64,000 nt of DNA from Octopus sinensis (lineage: Eukaryota). The position numbers and the translations under genes are program-made. How positions within the stretch are numbered: position 1 is the stretch's first letter; every line of letters begins with the position of its first letter. The stretch spans positions 144,770,001-144,834,000 of the forward strand of contig NC_043000.1 in NCBI RefSeq assembly GCF_006345805.1, written 5' to 3'. Shown piece after piece: positions 10,749 to 22,618 of the stretch. A model generated the notes under the pieces. That model was not told the origin of the DNA, did not search any database, and saw only the letters and a list, made by a program, of their open reading frames with translations.

Positions 10749-13436
10749 ATGGAGTTGTTCGAGATTGATGCGTCCCTTAAGGATATTCCTATACCACCGA
10801 AGGAGGCCTTCCTTAAGGAGTTGGTTTGTAAAACCAACGCATTCATAAACAGGATAAGATGGCTCATTTTCTTCCACGAGAACGAAGATCTAAAATCGAA
10901 CCGGACAACAGCATCGTCCGAATACGGCCGGCTTTTTAAAACATTGGATACGCCGCCACCTAACCCAAGACTGAAGAAGTTTGAGGACGACTTGTGGGAC
11001 ATAGTTAGAAAGATTAAGTTCAGGAAGTCACCCAGGAGAAATGCCCACCTCAGATACCTAGATAAAATTACCAAGGACATTAATAGAACGGACGGAGTCC
11101 TGGTCCAGTCTGACAAGACCAGGAACACATACAAGATGCCCATTAAGCAGTACCTAGATTTACTCGGTAAAGAGATCAAGAAAAATTATAGAAAAACCAA
11201 CTGGAGTACCCTGAGGAAGGTAAACTTGGAAATTAAGGAAATAATATTTAAACACCGAATTCAAATGAGAACTCAGCCGCTTAGCCCTAAGCAACCCAGA
11301 TTTATAGTGAAGGACCATAAACCGAACTTCCACACCAACCCAGCGCTAAGACTCATATGCCCTGCTAGATCTGATATCGGGATAATCAGTAAGTACATTT
11401 TAGATAAATATATCCATAGTTTAGTAAACAAGCTGAAGCTCAGCCTCTGGGCCAACTCCTCGCAGGTAGTGAAGTGGTTCTCTTCCATCCCCAATAAGAA
11501 CCGTACTAGGTTCATTCAGTTTGATATCGCCAGCTTCTACCCCTCGATTAACCCTAGTGTGCTAAATAAGGCCCTCTGGCATGCTCACAACAAGGCTGGC
11601 CTCACCAGAGAAGAGATAGATATCATTTTAGTTGCCAGGAAATCGTTTATTAAGTTTGATAATAAGTTGTGGATCCGTAAAGATACTCCCAATGAATTTG
11701 ATGTGCCTATGGGTAGTTCGGATAGTGCGCAGATAGCCGATTTGGTCGGAATATATATTCTCTACGAATTGTCCGACCAATTCCCGGAGATCGCGGGCGG
11801 CCTGTATCGTGACGATTGTCTGTTTTACCTGCAAAACACCACGGACAGAATAGTGCAGAAAACTAAGAGCAGGTTAGCTAGGTTTTTTAATAGAATGGGC
11901 ATGAGTATAGTTTTTGATAATGAACTCACCAAGGCTAATTTCCTAGACGTTACACTTAACCTTAATAGCGACTCGTACTGCCCTTACCATAAGCCTTCCA
12001 CTAATTTGAAGTATGTCAGTGTCTTCTCAAATCATGCCAAAACCGTAACAGACAATTTGGTTAAAAACATCTCTCTAAGATTGTCTGGCTTGTCCGCCAG
12101 TGCCGATATTTTTAAGCAGAAAGCGGAATTTTATAACGCCGCACTATCCAAGGCCGGTTATAGGCAGAAGGTAATTTATATTGATCCGGCCCTTCCGATG
12201 CCATCATTCGGTAATCAGGATAGGGCCGTATATAATAACATTAACATTTTAAGTAAGGACGGGAGCGCGGCGGATGCCGGGGTAGTCGCTCCCGCATTTA
12301 ATTTATCGAACAGGGATAATTATCGGTCCGGGAGGTCTTACACTAACCCAAGACCCGTTGTTCATCCGAGAATCACCCACCCGAACGCGAGAGCTGGCGT
12401 CCCGACCCATCACACTGATAGGAATAAGCATATATGGTTTGTAATCCCCTTTGGTAAGCAGATTAGAACTAACCTCCCCCTCATGTTTAGACAAGCCATC
12501 GCCAATAACTTCCCCAGAAATTCCAAATATTACTCCACGGTTAACTCGCATAAAGTTAGGATAGCTTTCTCCAACACTAAAAACCTCGCCCAGATAATCG
12601 CCTCCCATAATAATAGGCTACTTACTAAGACCCTATCACCTCTCTCCGGAGGCACAGCCTCTTCCGCTCCCGGTTTAATGCTCAGTAGGAATAGTTATAG
12701 TAGTAATAACGATATGAGAGCCAGTACAGTGACACATAATCTCAGCTCCAGCCAGGGAGTACCCACTAGGGGTATAGTTATAAATAGGGGTGTTGTGGTT
12801 GACGGTAACAATGGGAGTAGGGTAGAGAGCCCCAATAGCATCCCCAGCATCATTTCCCGCAATAGCAGCACCACGGGCAGTAGCAATGACAGCACTCTGA
12901 TAGATAGTGGAGAATCAGGGGTTATTCCTATAGTTAATAGTGACGTAGTGGAAAATAGAGTAGTAAGCGGCTGCAGGTCTCGGAACGAATATAGTGACAG
13001 GAACGCAGTTCTAATTTCAGGAACTAATCCTAGCAGAATAAGATTCACGTCGGCGAACTCCAAGATCAAAAACGCCGTCTACCAATGCAAGGTTTACACG
13101 GACTCAGATGTCTTCACTTATGTAGGGGCCTCATCCTCAAGATTGTCTTTGCGTGTCTCCAACCATTACGCAACTTTTCGGGACATGAACAAGCGCCAGA
13201 CCACGGGACTCAGTAAGCTAATATGGCGACTGAAGGATACGAACTTAAGCTACAGGCTGGAATGGTCAATTTTGTCGGTGGCCCTCCCATTTGATAGGGG
13301 CAGAAGGCAGTGCAACCTTTGTGTCTCCGAACTCTTCCATATTTTGTTTGCCAGAGGCCGGATGGTAAACGGGCTTTTACAGTCGGCTTTTCGATGCCCC
13401 CATTGGCGGCGCTACACTTATCTGGCTTTTAAATAG
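10749..13436 (+). CDS. 895-aa PLE polyprotein: reverse transcriptase, linker, C-terminal GIY-YIG endonuclease
   Basis: RT motifs FIQFDIASFYPSI (D259), PMGSSDSAQIADL and GLYRDD (Y353-D356). Naiad-like N-terminus (SLKDIPIP..FINRIRW) and IWF..HNNRLL segment. EN motif AVY(776-778)..YVG(791-793)..R..H, then LSKLIWRLK, CNLCVSE and CPH. TAG stop. Confidence 0.95.
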   Translation: MELFEIDASLKDIPIPPKEAFLKELVCKTNAFINRIRWLIFFHENEDLKSNRTTASSEYGRLFKTLDTPPPNPRLKKFEDDLWDIVRKIKFRKSPRRNAHLRYLDKITKDINRTDGVLVQSDKTRNTYKMPIKQYLDLLGKEIKKNYRKTNWSTLRKVNLEIKEIIFKHRIQMRTQPLSPKQPRFIVKDHKPNFHTNPALRLICPARSDIGIISKYILDKYIHSLVNKLKLSLWANSSQVVKWFSSIPNKNRTRFIQFDIASFYPSINPSVLNKALWHAHNKAGLTREEIDIILVARKSFIKFDNKLWIRKDTPNEFDVPMGSSDSAQIADLVGIYILYELSDQFPEIAGGLYRDDCLFYLQNTTDRIVQKTKSRLARFFNRMGMSIVFDNELTKANFLDVTLNLNSDSYCPYHKPSTNLKYVSVFSNHAKTVTDNLVKNISLRLSGLSASADIFKQKAEFYNAALSKAGYRQKVIYIDPALPMPSFGNQDRAVYNNINILSKDGSAADAGVVAPAFNLSNRDNYRSGRSYTNPRPVVHPRITHPNARAGVPTHHTDRNKHIWFVIPFGKQIRTNLPLMFRQAIANNFPRNSKYYSTVNSHKVRIAFSNTKNLAQIIASHNNRLLTKTLSPLSGGTASSAPGLMLSRNSYSSNNDMRASTVTHNLSSSQGVPTRGIVINRGVVVDGNNGSRVESPNSIPSIISRNSSTTGSSNDSTLIDSGESGVIPIVNSDVVENRVVSGCRSRNEYSDRNAVLISGTNPSRIRFTSANSKIKNAVYQCKVYTDSDVFTYVGASSSRLSLRVSNHYATFRDMNKRQTTGLSKLIWRLKDTNLSYRLEWSILSVALPFDRGRRQCNLCVSELFHILFARGRMVNGLLQSAFRCPHWRRYTYLAFK

Positions 13437-13595
13437 CGTTTATATATAATACCGGCACCCATAGCCCTTGGTAACAAATTCTGAAATAGCCTTTAAGATA
13501 TCTACGATTAGCCACTGCAAGGGGAATTACTCCTGTAAGACAAACGGGGCTTGGTTTTTTCACAGCGGGGGGTTTCCTTGACAAGGCAGGCTTAG

Positions 13596-14164
13596 ATGAA
13601 CACACACACACATAAAACATAATATATATTTTTTTTTTCTGCCACCCAACGGTTCTGACGGCAGTAGCCACTGACAGCCGAACGATCAAACGCACACACG
13701 TACACAAAAAATGTTTTCTACCCCTACGCCAACACACATATATAGAACAGTATACACACACACACGTCTCTAAGTAGATTTTTTCTCGCCCCTTATAAAA
13801 CATCCAATATTCCTTAAATAGTCAGAACTTTATTCTCGGTCACAAAGAACACCTACACACCCTCACCCACATGATTGACCGATGCCTGACCCGTTAAATT
13901 CTTCAGCCACCGGTTCTCAACATACACTGATAAACAGTTTCGCCATGGGCTCTTAGGAGCATAGTTCGATTTGTTTTTGCTCCGCCTCTGTTCTGTTTTT
14001 GTTTTTCCAACGGATTTCCTATTTTCTTCCTGAAGAGAAAGACACAATATGGTCCCATTATTCAATCGGATTTTGGTAATTTGTGCCTTTCGAAACACGT
14101 GTAGAATGAAATAAAACGATTTCTGTTCAAACTGCGTTCAGCTCCATTTCTTCAATTCACCAAT

Positions 14165-14173
<9 letters not shown>
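13596..14173 (+). repeat. 3' pseudo-LTR
   Basis: Direct repeat of 9975-10552 at offset 3621; runs into (TA)n. Confidence 0.95.
14020..14113 (+). ncRNA. Type I hammerhead ribozyme, copy 2 (predicted cut after GUA 14103)
   Basis: Same sequence as copy 1, shifted by 3621. Confidence 0.9.
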
Positions 14174-14206
<33 letters not shown>

Positions 14207-14638
14207 ATGATTAAGGCAGAATCATCAAGAAGGAGTACGTTTGGGCAGTTAATTTTTTAAGCACTAGAAATGTTTCCGTGCAACATAGATTTTCATAATT
14301 ACAGGTATTTGCTAATAAAACCATTTACCTGTATAATGGGATCGAGTTCTATTTCCTAAAGTGATATTCAATTGCTATATCCGTTAATTAGAAAACCTTC
14401 GACTTCGAGGCTAACGTATCCATCAACCTTGCTTGAATTTAGTAGACAGTGCAAGTTTCCTTCCGTTTACTCTTAACGTGTTAAGTTACACGTGGGAAAT
14501 TCTATTATTCGATCTTCAGTAGTCAGCTATACAGAAGGAGTCCCCAACATATATTGATGTATACATGTCCTTATACACACACATATATTCGAAACGTTGT
14601 GTTAACAGCAAACTGGATGAAGACATATATATATATAT

Positions 14639-14673
<35 letters not shown>

Positions 14674-14701
14674 GCATATATATATGTATACATATATATA
14701 A

Positions 14702-14732
<31 letters not shown>

Positions 14733-14734
14733 TT

Positions 14735-14788
<54 letters not shown>

Positions 14789-16234
14789 ATAAATATTAAT
14801 AGAAATCGAACATCAATTCGATTTGATAATTAGTTACTATTTGCATCCGAGTGTTTCGTATTCACGCGACGAATATGAAATGCTAATTATGTCTCCGTTT
14901 AAGAAGTAATAATATAATAATATCTAATCAGCAATTCCGCATGCGCAGTGTAATAGCCTGCAGAAAACTTACGGTTTGTATATATTTTTCACTCTTAATG
15001 CATATTTATAAAAAGCGATTTTTGGCTCTCATTTACAAATCTTACAAAAGTTTTATTCGTTTGAATTTCTTAACGTTTCATTTAAACTGAAAGTAATGAA
15101 TATAAAACACATAAGAATACATAGTGAGACCTCGCGAACAATTTCTTGCATTTGATAAAAAGGAAAAAGAATATGATAGGTTTGTCTGAGGTTGTCATTC
15201 TTAGATTATTGAAAACTGAAATTTATCGAAACAGACATAGGAAGCAGTTCGACGCTCTATACATACCATAGAAAAGCAGCGTTTCTATGTACAGAATATA
15301 TAGCTACGTAAAGTAAATCTAATAAAAGTGAAAACACAAAACATCCTATACACAAATATGAACCCTACTATCCCAAAACCTGAAATCAGAGTCATCGCGA
15401 AAATAACATGTAACTCTATATTACTCAAATGTAATTATTTCTTTCAAAATTTGGCAGATCATCATTTGTTGTGGAAAAGGTTTGGTTGATCATCTTGACA
15501 TCAATACTTGACTGGTACTTTAGAATGAAAGACAAAGTTGACCTTTGTGGTATTCGAACTCAGGAAATAAAAAAGAATTATGATGGAAAATGCCAACTGT
15601 AAGATATCGTGAGGGGTAAATTCTTAATATTTTGGCTCCAAAAGTCGTATTGAAGTTATTACTGTTGAAACTAATTGTGATACCAAATACAACTTAGTGT
15701 AGTTGCGAGAGGTTGATTTAAATCGTCAAAATTTTATTTAATATCATTCAAATTTCCTTGCGTTTTACTTCAAAATCGATCGGCTATTTTCGACATTAGA
15801 ATTAATTGATCAGGAAAACATGGTATTGTCTGGTTGGTCAGATTTAACAGATTCAATATTTTTTTCAAGTATTGTCTGTTTTTTACGAACAAATGCTTTA
15901 TTTTACAAGCTGTTACTTTAGGTTATTGATGATACAGACATCGCTGTATCTACCATTCTCTTCGGTTATACTTGAAGTTATATAACAGACGGTCAACACA
16001 AAATTTTAGTGGACGAAGTTAACGTTCTAGATATGCATGACATTATTTCTATAAACATATGAATATTTATAAATATATGTGAATACACATACTAATCTAC
16101 ATAGGTGCAGATAATCGTACACACGCACTCACAAACATTTTCATAGTTAGATAGAAAGATAGTTAGATAGAGATAGAGAGAGAGATGCAACTTTCAATAT
16201 ATGGAGATTTGTATTTATCCATGTTTGTATGAAT

Positions 16235-17267
16235 GGGATCTTTTCCTTTTGATCGGCAGGTCGATAATTTTTTGTTTTTTAAATAAACACTTTCAAACAT
16301 CGGATACTGGAAGAATGTGTCATATAGAAGATTATTTACTCTTAGCGTTGTTGAGTAAAGTTTGTATTTACGAAGTTATTTCGTAGTAAATTTGTCGTAT
16401 TTCGGTAATTTTCACCAATCAATGACGTGTATTACGCTGAATGAAATTACTACTGTTGTTTGTCAACAACAACCTTCGGCGGTGTATATTTCGTTTGTCA
16501 CTGTTATTTATGACATTGTTCGTGCATTTGTACTGGTTTTAGCTTTAGGATTATAGGGTTAGGGTTAGGGTTTTAGGATTAGGGTTTTAGTGTTAGGATT
16601 AGGATTAAGGTTAGGGTTAGGGTTTTAGGGTTTGGGTTCGGGTTTTAGAGTTAGGGTTAGGTTAGTGTTAGGTTTTTAGGGTTAGGGTTAGGGTTAGGGT
16701 TTTATGGTTAATGTTAGGGTTGGGATTTTAGGTTTGGTGTTAAGGAAAATGGGAAAAATAAAGAAATTGGAAGAGAAGCGGGAGGGGGCAAGTTTCAAAA
16801 TATCGATTTTTGGCAATTTAAAAAAATAATTTGCGAGAAAATGGGTGGAGACGGGAGGAAATCTTTCTCAAAATAGTAGCGGAAAAACAGGAAGAAAGCC
16901 TAAAAGCAGTAGAAATTCACGAACGATTATGGTGGTGTTTCAGATACGCTCATTTATTCATACGAACTTAACAGAGATTAAATATGTCATAAATAGCAGT
17001 GACAAACGAAATAAACACCGCCGGAAGTTTTTGTTGACAAACAAAAGCAGTAATATTATTCAGCTCAATAGACGTCATTCATTGGTTGAAATTACCGAAA
17101 TACGACAACTTTAACAGGAAAGAACTTCGAAAATACAAACTTTTCTCAACAATGCTAGGAGTAAAAGGTCTTCTACATGACACATTCTACGAATACGCGA
17201 AATTTGAAAGTGTTTAGTTACAAAACAAATTAATTTATCGACCAGCCGATCAAAAGGAAAAGATCCC
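16235..17267. mobile_element. Foldback/MULE-like non-autonomous element with ~280-bp TIRs and an internal TTAGGG tract
   Basis: 16235-~16516 is the reverse complement of ~16986-17267 and starts GGGATCTTTTCCTTTTGATCGGC. No clear TSD. Confidence 0.85.
16545..16743 (+). repeat. Degenerate interstitial (TTAGGG)n telomere-like tract
   Basis: Many variant units, with 4 perfect units at 16676-16699. Confidence 0.9.
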
Positions 17268-18179
17268 TGCTTTCAAATCCCGCTAGGGGTAATTTTAATT
17301 TTCATCTATCCAGGGGCAATACAGTAATTTCCTTCCACGCTTTGTGGATTTGTGGTTACATTATAAATAATTGCTTTTAAATGTACTCACCACGAATCAG
17401 ATAAAGATATATTAACTGGTAGCTCATAAACTCCAGGTATATATGAAAGTCCAATCTTTGTTTCATGTGCAAACATTTATTAGTGGGATATTATTATTTC
17501 AGATGTCTATAAATATGATTTTCTATTTAGTCCTACATTTTCGACATCATTCATTCTTGGAGAGAATTTTGCTATTTTAAGTATATTATCCTGTCTGCGT
17601 TATGACTATAAAATGATAGAAAATAAGAATATTCATAAGATTATATATAAATAAGAAGTGTATTCCATAATTGATTGACATTTATCACTGACACTTAACT
17701 ACATAATTAAATAAATGTTAACTACTTGAGGTCAAATGTTTATATTTATTATAATATCAATAATTAACTTGCTGTGTTATTAGATCAAAACGTCTTCCTT
17801 GTGCTTAATTACACGCAGAAAAATAAAAAATAATAAAATCATGGTTAGTAAAAGTACCATTTAAAGTCGCAGACTGGAATTAATGTCAATTAATAAGATA
17901 TAACCAGTATTATTAACTGAGGAGAAACAGAAAAAAATTATATGCATTTAAATATCCTTCCTCTCAATTGAAAGGAAACATTTCCATTCACTGCGAGGGG
18001 AATTAAAATGAATTTAAGATAAAACAACAAAGCAAATATAAGATGTACATCTAAAAGTATCGGTTGCATGCAATAATTACCGGTGCTGATCATTATTCTT
18101 CATCACCATTCATGCCAATAAAATGTTATGGAAAATAACGGATCATATTTCCTCAGTAAGAAACCAAAAAATAAATAAA

Positions 18180-18188
18180 TAAATAATG

Positions 18189-18261
<73 letters not shown>

Positions 18262-18285
18262 TAATAATAGTAATAATAATAATAA
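18180..18285. repeat. (AAT)n microsatellite
   Basis: Seen directly. Confidence 0.95.
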
Positions 18286-20782
18286 AACGAAACAGAAAAG
18301 CAGAAACACAGGATCATACCTAAATACTTTATTAATTATCTTTCTCAAAGCACTCATGAGGAAAAACTAATGATGTACGTAAACCGAAGTTAACATTCCT
18401 GTTAATAAAGATGTCATGTTACTTAGATGAGATTTGTACGAATGTTGATTTAAACATGCATATACACAGATATGTATCAGTATGTATGATGCTTCCGATT
18501 CTATGTTTAAGTTCTTCAGAGGAATGAGAGAGTTCAAGTTTAATTGACGTCCTCTGTATATATATCGCGTGTGTATGTATGCATGTATGTCTGAACGAAT
18601 GAGTGAATGAATATTCAGATCAGTTTTGACGAAATGTAGTTAGCACCGGTAGATGGTACATCTGTATCCCGTGTATGTGTTCATACACGCTCATTTACTA
18701 ACAACAAATACAGTATTTGAACGAGCGTTGCAAGTGATCGATCAAAAAGTTAACCATTAGATTTCCGGACAGGTTAGTGTATTGTGCCCTTGAGTATCGC
18801 ATATCCAAGTGTTGGAGCAGATCAAATTCATTCAACCACCGGTATTGCCCTTCACGCACATGTGGCATCCAGGTTTCGATGGTGTTGAGAGTGTATGTGC
18901 CTCCTTAGAACACGTAGACCCTAAAACAATTAGTAAATTTTAAAATCTCATTGCAGGTGACTAGGACATTTTTGTTCACAGGCGATCTGTACTGCGCCTA
19001 TTTTATTCTTTATCTGTATATATGATACAATATTCATATGCAAAACTTTTTATCACTTCTTTATTGTTCTGCGTAACAGTTTCTTTGACACTGCTACAAA
19101 TTTCCATAACAATATTTTTAGGAACATTAAACCTGAATATATAATAGAAGCAGAAGCAGATTTGTGTACATAGGATATATTCTCGGATGGGAAAACATAT
19201 TTCGCTCTGAAGCTAGTCTGAAGACAATTTTCTATTGTGTAAGGACACAAGATGGACTTCAGATGATATCATTGGAACGTAAAATACATGCATTTCTGTG
19301 TTATTTCCATTCATCTGATACTAAAATCAAATTTGTCACACTAAGACCGGTAAGAATGAAATCATACATATTAAATCAGTATATAGCACGAATGCTAGTG
19401 TGCGCAAAACTTCAACACGCAAGAATTGAATTTAAAAATACCATATAAAGCAGCACTGAATGATATACATTTGTTTAGAAATCATTGCGTCTTAATGAAG
19501 CAGATTCATTTTGCAGCTTCAGCAAATGTACCTATATGAAACATATGGAAATGAAACCGAACACTGCTTTATTTAATGCTAAATTCTTATAAAATACGGA
19601 AAATTACTAATAATATTATTCATGAAAATCTATTAGTCTTAACAAGATATGAGTCGTAGCTTAGTCATTTCTAAAGAATCGTTGTCGGTTTAAATAAAAA
19701 AAGCCAATGACCTGAACTACAGCTACACCTATATATTCTCTCGTTTGCTGAAGCATAATTGCATTCTTTTGCAAAATTTATAATCTATGTTCTATATTTT
19801 GACAAATTATTATTTCTCTTATAACCTGTAGTAATGATACAATCCACTAAAATATAAATAATTCCCCTTATTACAATATTTTGATATAATTATAATTTAG
19901 TAATTGATGAATATAAATTTCCATTCCAAATTTTAGATTTTAGATTTCTTGAGACGAAGTAATTGTGATTTATAATGTCATCAGTTATAATTACACTATC
20001 TTACATAAAAGTATGTACGTAAAGAAATGCAAATTTAATGATGCACATTGTCTCTCCCCCTCTCTTTCTCACACACTCTAGCACGAACACACAAGCAGAG
20101 ACAGAAACAGACACACACGTAGCAACTACATTACTTAACTTTCTGTTCGTTTTTATTGACCCGCCAGGTTAAAGTCCAAAACGGTATAGAACATAATGCG
20201 TTATATATATGAATGTATGTATGTATATATTCATCTAACTATCTATATATGTGTGTGTAGAGAGAGAAATAGAGAGAGTTACACAGAGATGTACACTCCA
20301 TCGCATATAAACGCATGCGTACATAACACATGTATAGACATATGTGTGTATATATGTGTGGATGGCTGTTTATACGTTTATCATTGTAGGTACAAACACA
20401 TACATTCACACATATATCATACATCATATATATATGTCTATATATGAGTGTGTGAGTTCGTGCTTGCATGAGTGTTTATGCGCGTGCGTGTGTGTATATA
20501 TGTGTGTGTATGTAGATATGCGATGTGTGTGTGTGCAAATAGTCACATGTGTCGAGTCACTCAGACATACTTTTACATTTTTTTTATATTCGTAATTAGT
20601 GTATTTCCTATATGCGTTAGAAAAAATTTGATTGTTTTGTTTTATTTAATCAGATATTAATTAATATAATAAGAAAGTAAATATTTAATGAATACCATAG
20701 TTCATATATTTTGGTAATTTCCTCTTTAAATTCTATATGAAATACATATTTCTTCATTTAAATTAATGTTTCGTTGGATTTT

Positions 20783-21365
20783 CTTATTTTATATTGCCCA
20801 CAAGGGGCTAAACATACAGGGAAGAAACAAGGAAAAAAAGGGATTAAGCCGATTACATCGACCCCAGTGCGTAACTCATACTTAATTTATTGACCCCGAA
20901 AAGATGAAAGGCAAAATCAGCCTCAGCGTAATTTGAACTCAGAACGTAACGGCAGACGAAATGCCTATTTCTTTACTACCCACAAGGGGCTAAACACAGA
21001 GGAGACAAACAAAAACAGACAGATGGATTAAGTCGATTATATCGACCTCAGTGCGTAACTTGTACTTAATTTATCGACCCCGAAAGGATGAAAGGCAAAG
21101 TCAACCTCGACGGTATTTGAACTCAGAACGTAACGGCATACGAAATACCAATTTCTTTACTACCTACAAAGGGCTAAACACAGAGGAGACAAACAAGAAC
21201 AGACAGATGGATTAAGTCGTAATTTGTACTTAATTTATCGACCCCGAATGGGTGAAAGGCAAAGTCAACCCCGGCGGAATGTGAACTCACAACGTAGCGG
21301 CAGGCGAAATACCAGTAAGCATTTCGCCCAGTGTGCTAACGTTTCGGCCAGCTCGCCGTCTTCCT
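20783..21365 (-). mobile_element. SINE family 2 head-to-tail trimer bounded by a 16-bp TSD
   Basis: One unit with a tRNA-like head plus two headless ~184-bp units (junctions 21148/21149 and 20964/20965). TGTTTCGTTGGATTTT at 20767-20782 and 21366-21381. Confidence 0.9.
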
Positions 21366-21889
21366 TGTTTCGTTGGATTTTTTGCCGCAATTTAGTACTT
21401 AGAGAGCACTACAATTTGTGTTTCGAGCTAAATGTTTTGGAATCTGTCTGCCTGATTGGATTTCATATTTCCTTACTTCATATATCATTTTATTCTATAT
21501 AGGCTTATTTAATATCTAGAATAAAATTAGAATTTGATATTCACTTTTCAAATTACTGATATAATACCTTGATGTACAAGAGTTAGCTAGTTGTCCTTCT
21601 TAAATTAAATGCACGCTTAATCCTTAATGTATGAGTGCTCACGTGGAAAACTGTGTTTAAATTGATAATATGGATGTTACAATTAACAAGGCAATGTTTG
21701 GGATTAATCGACGTATTTACTGCAGTCGTTAAATCGGTAGCTGAAGCTGTTCAGGTACACTAACACATGATAAATCGTCGGATTAAGTTTATAAGTATTA
21801 TATGAATCTAATCTGTGGACGCAAATCTTCAATGATTGATTTAGTATTAATGAGTAGGAATTCTTACTGAGTTATATTTCTATGTATAT

Positions 21890-21935
<46 letters not shown>

Positions 21936-22445
21936 TGTGTGTGTATGTATTTATGTATGCATGCATTTATATATATATATATTATTGATATTATACACAC
22001 ACATACATATATATGCTCACACACGCACATGCACACACAGACACACATACACACGAGCAAATACACACATATATATAAGTATAGTCGATGTCGTCGTCAT
22101 CACTGTTTAACATTCATGTTCCAAACCAGCAAGTGTTGGGAGGTTTGACAGTGATGGAATGAATCAAGGACCGCTTTGTAATGCGTTCGCTGATTTTATA
22201 TGAATCTTACAAGGTTCTGGAGAAGATGACATGGGGAAAGGGAGAGAGGTACTTAGAACAACATCTGTGAGGATTGGTAAAAGGGGCACGAGGATTCAGG
22301 GATACTAGTAGAATTTTGTTGACATTGAAAATAGAAAGCGATGACAATATTTTGAAGAGGCGCAAAATGAGACACCACAACTATTTGCATATACACAACT
22401 ACATATGTATAAATGTGTCTTGCTCTGTGTTTGTACACATAATAC

Positions 22446-22618
<173 letters not shown>

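Larger units (their letters stand above)
9975..14173 (+). mobile_element. Intact Penelope-like retroelement (Naiad-type) in partial-tandem pLTR-ORF-pLTR form, inserted in (TA)n
   Basis: 578-bp direct repeats 3621 bp apart flank an uninterrupted RT+GIY-YIG ORF. Each repeat carries a hammerhead motif. (TA)n lies on both sides (~9923-9974, 14172-14204). Confidence 0.95.

Noticed and set aside
12695-13069. Leu-rich 124-aa antisense ORF (also 10733-11179, 11273-11515, 12303-12608)
   Set aside because: Explained as shadow frames of the sense ORF; AGT/AAT-rich codons give CTA/TTA on the other strand.
13300-13600. Selenoprotein (Sec/SECIS) as reported for some Naiad elements
   Set aside because: No in-frame TGA, the ORF ends with TAG, and no convincing SECIS is visible in the 3' UTR.
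16545-16743. True chromosome end
   Set aside because: The tract is short, degenerate, internal and enclosed by TIRs.
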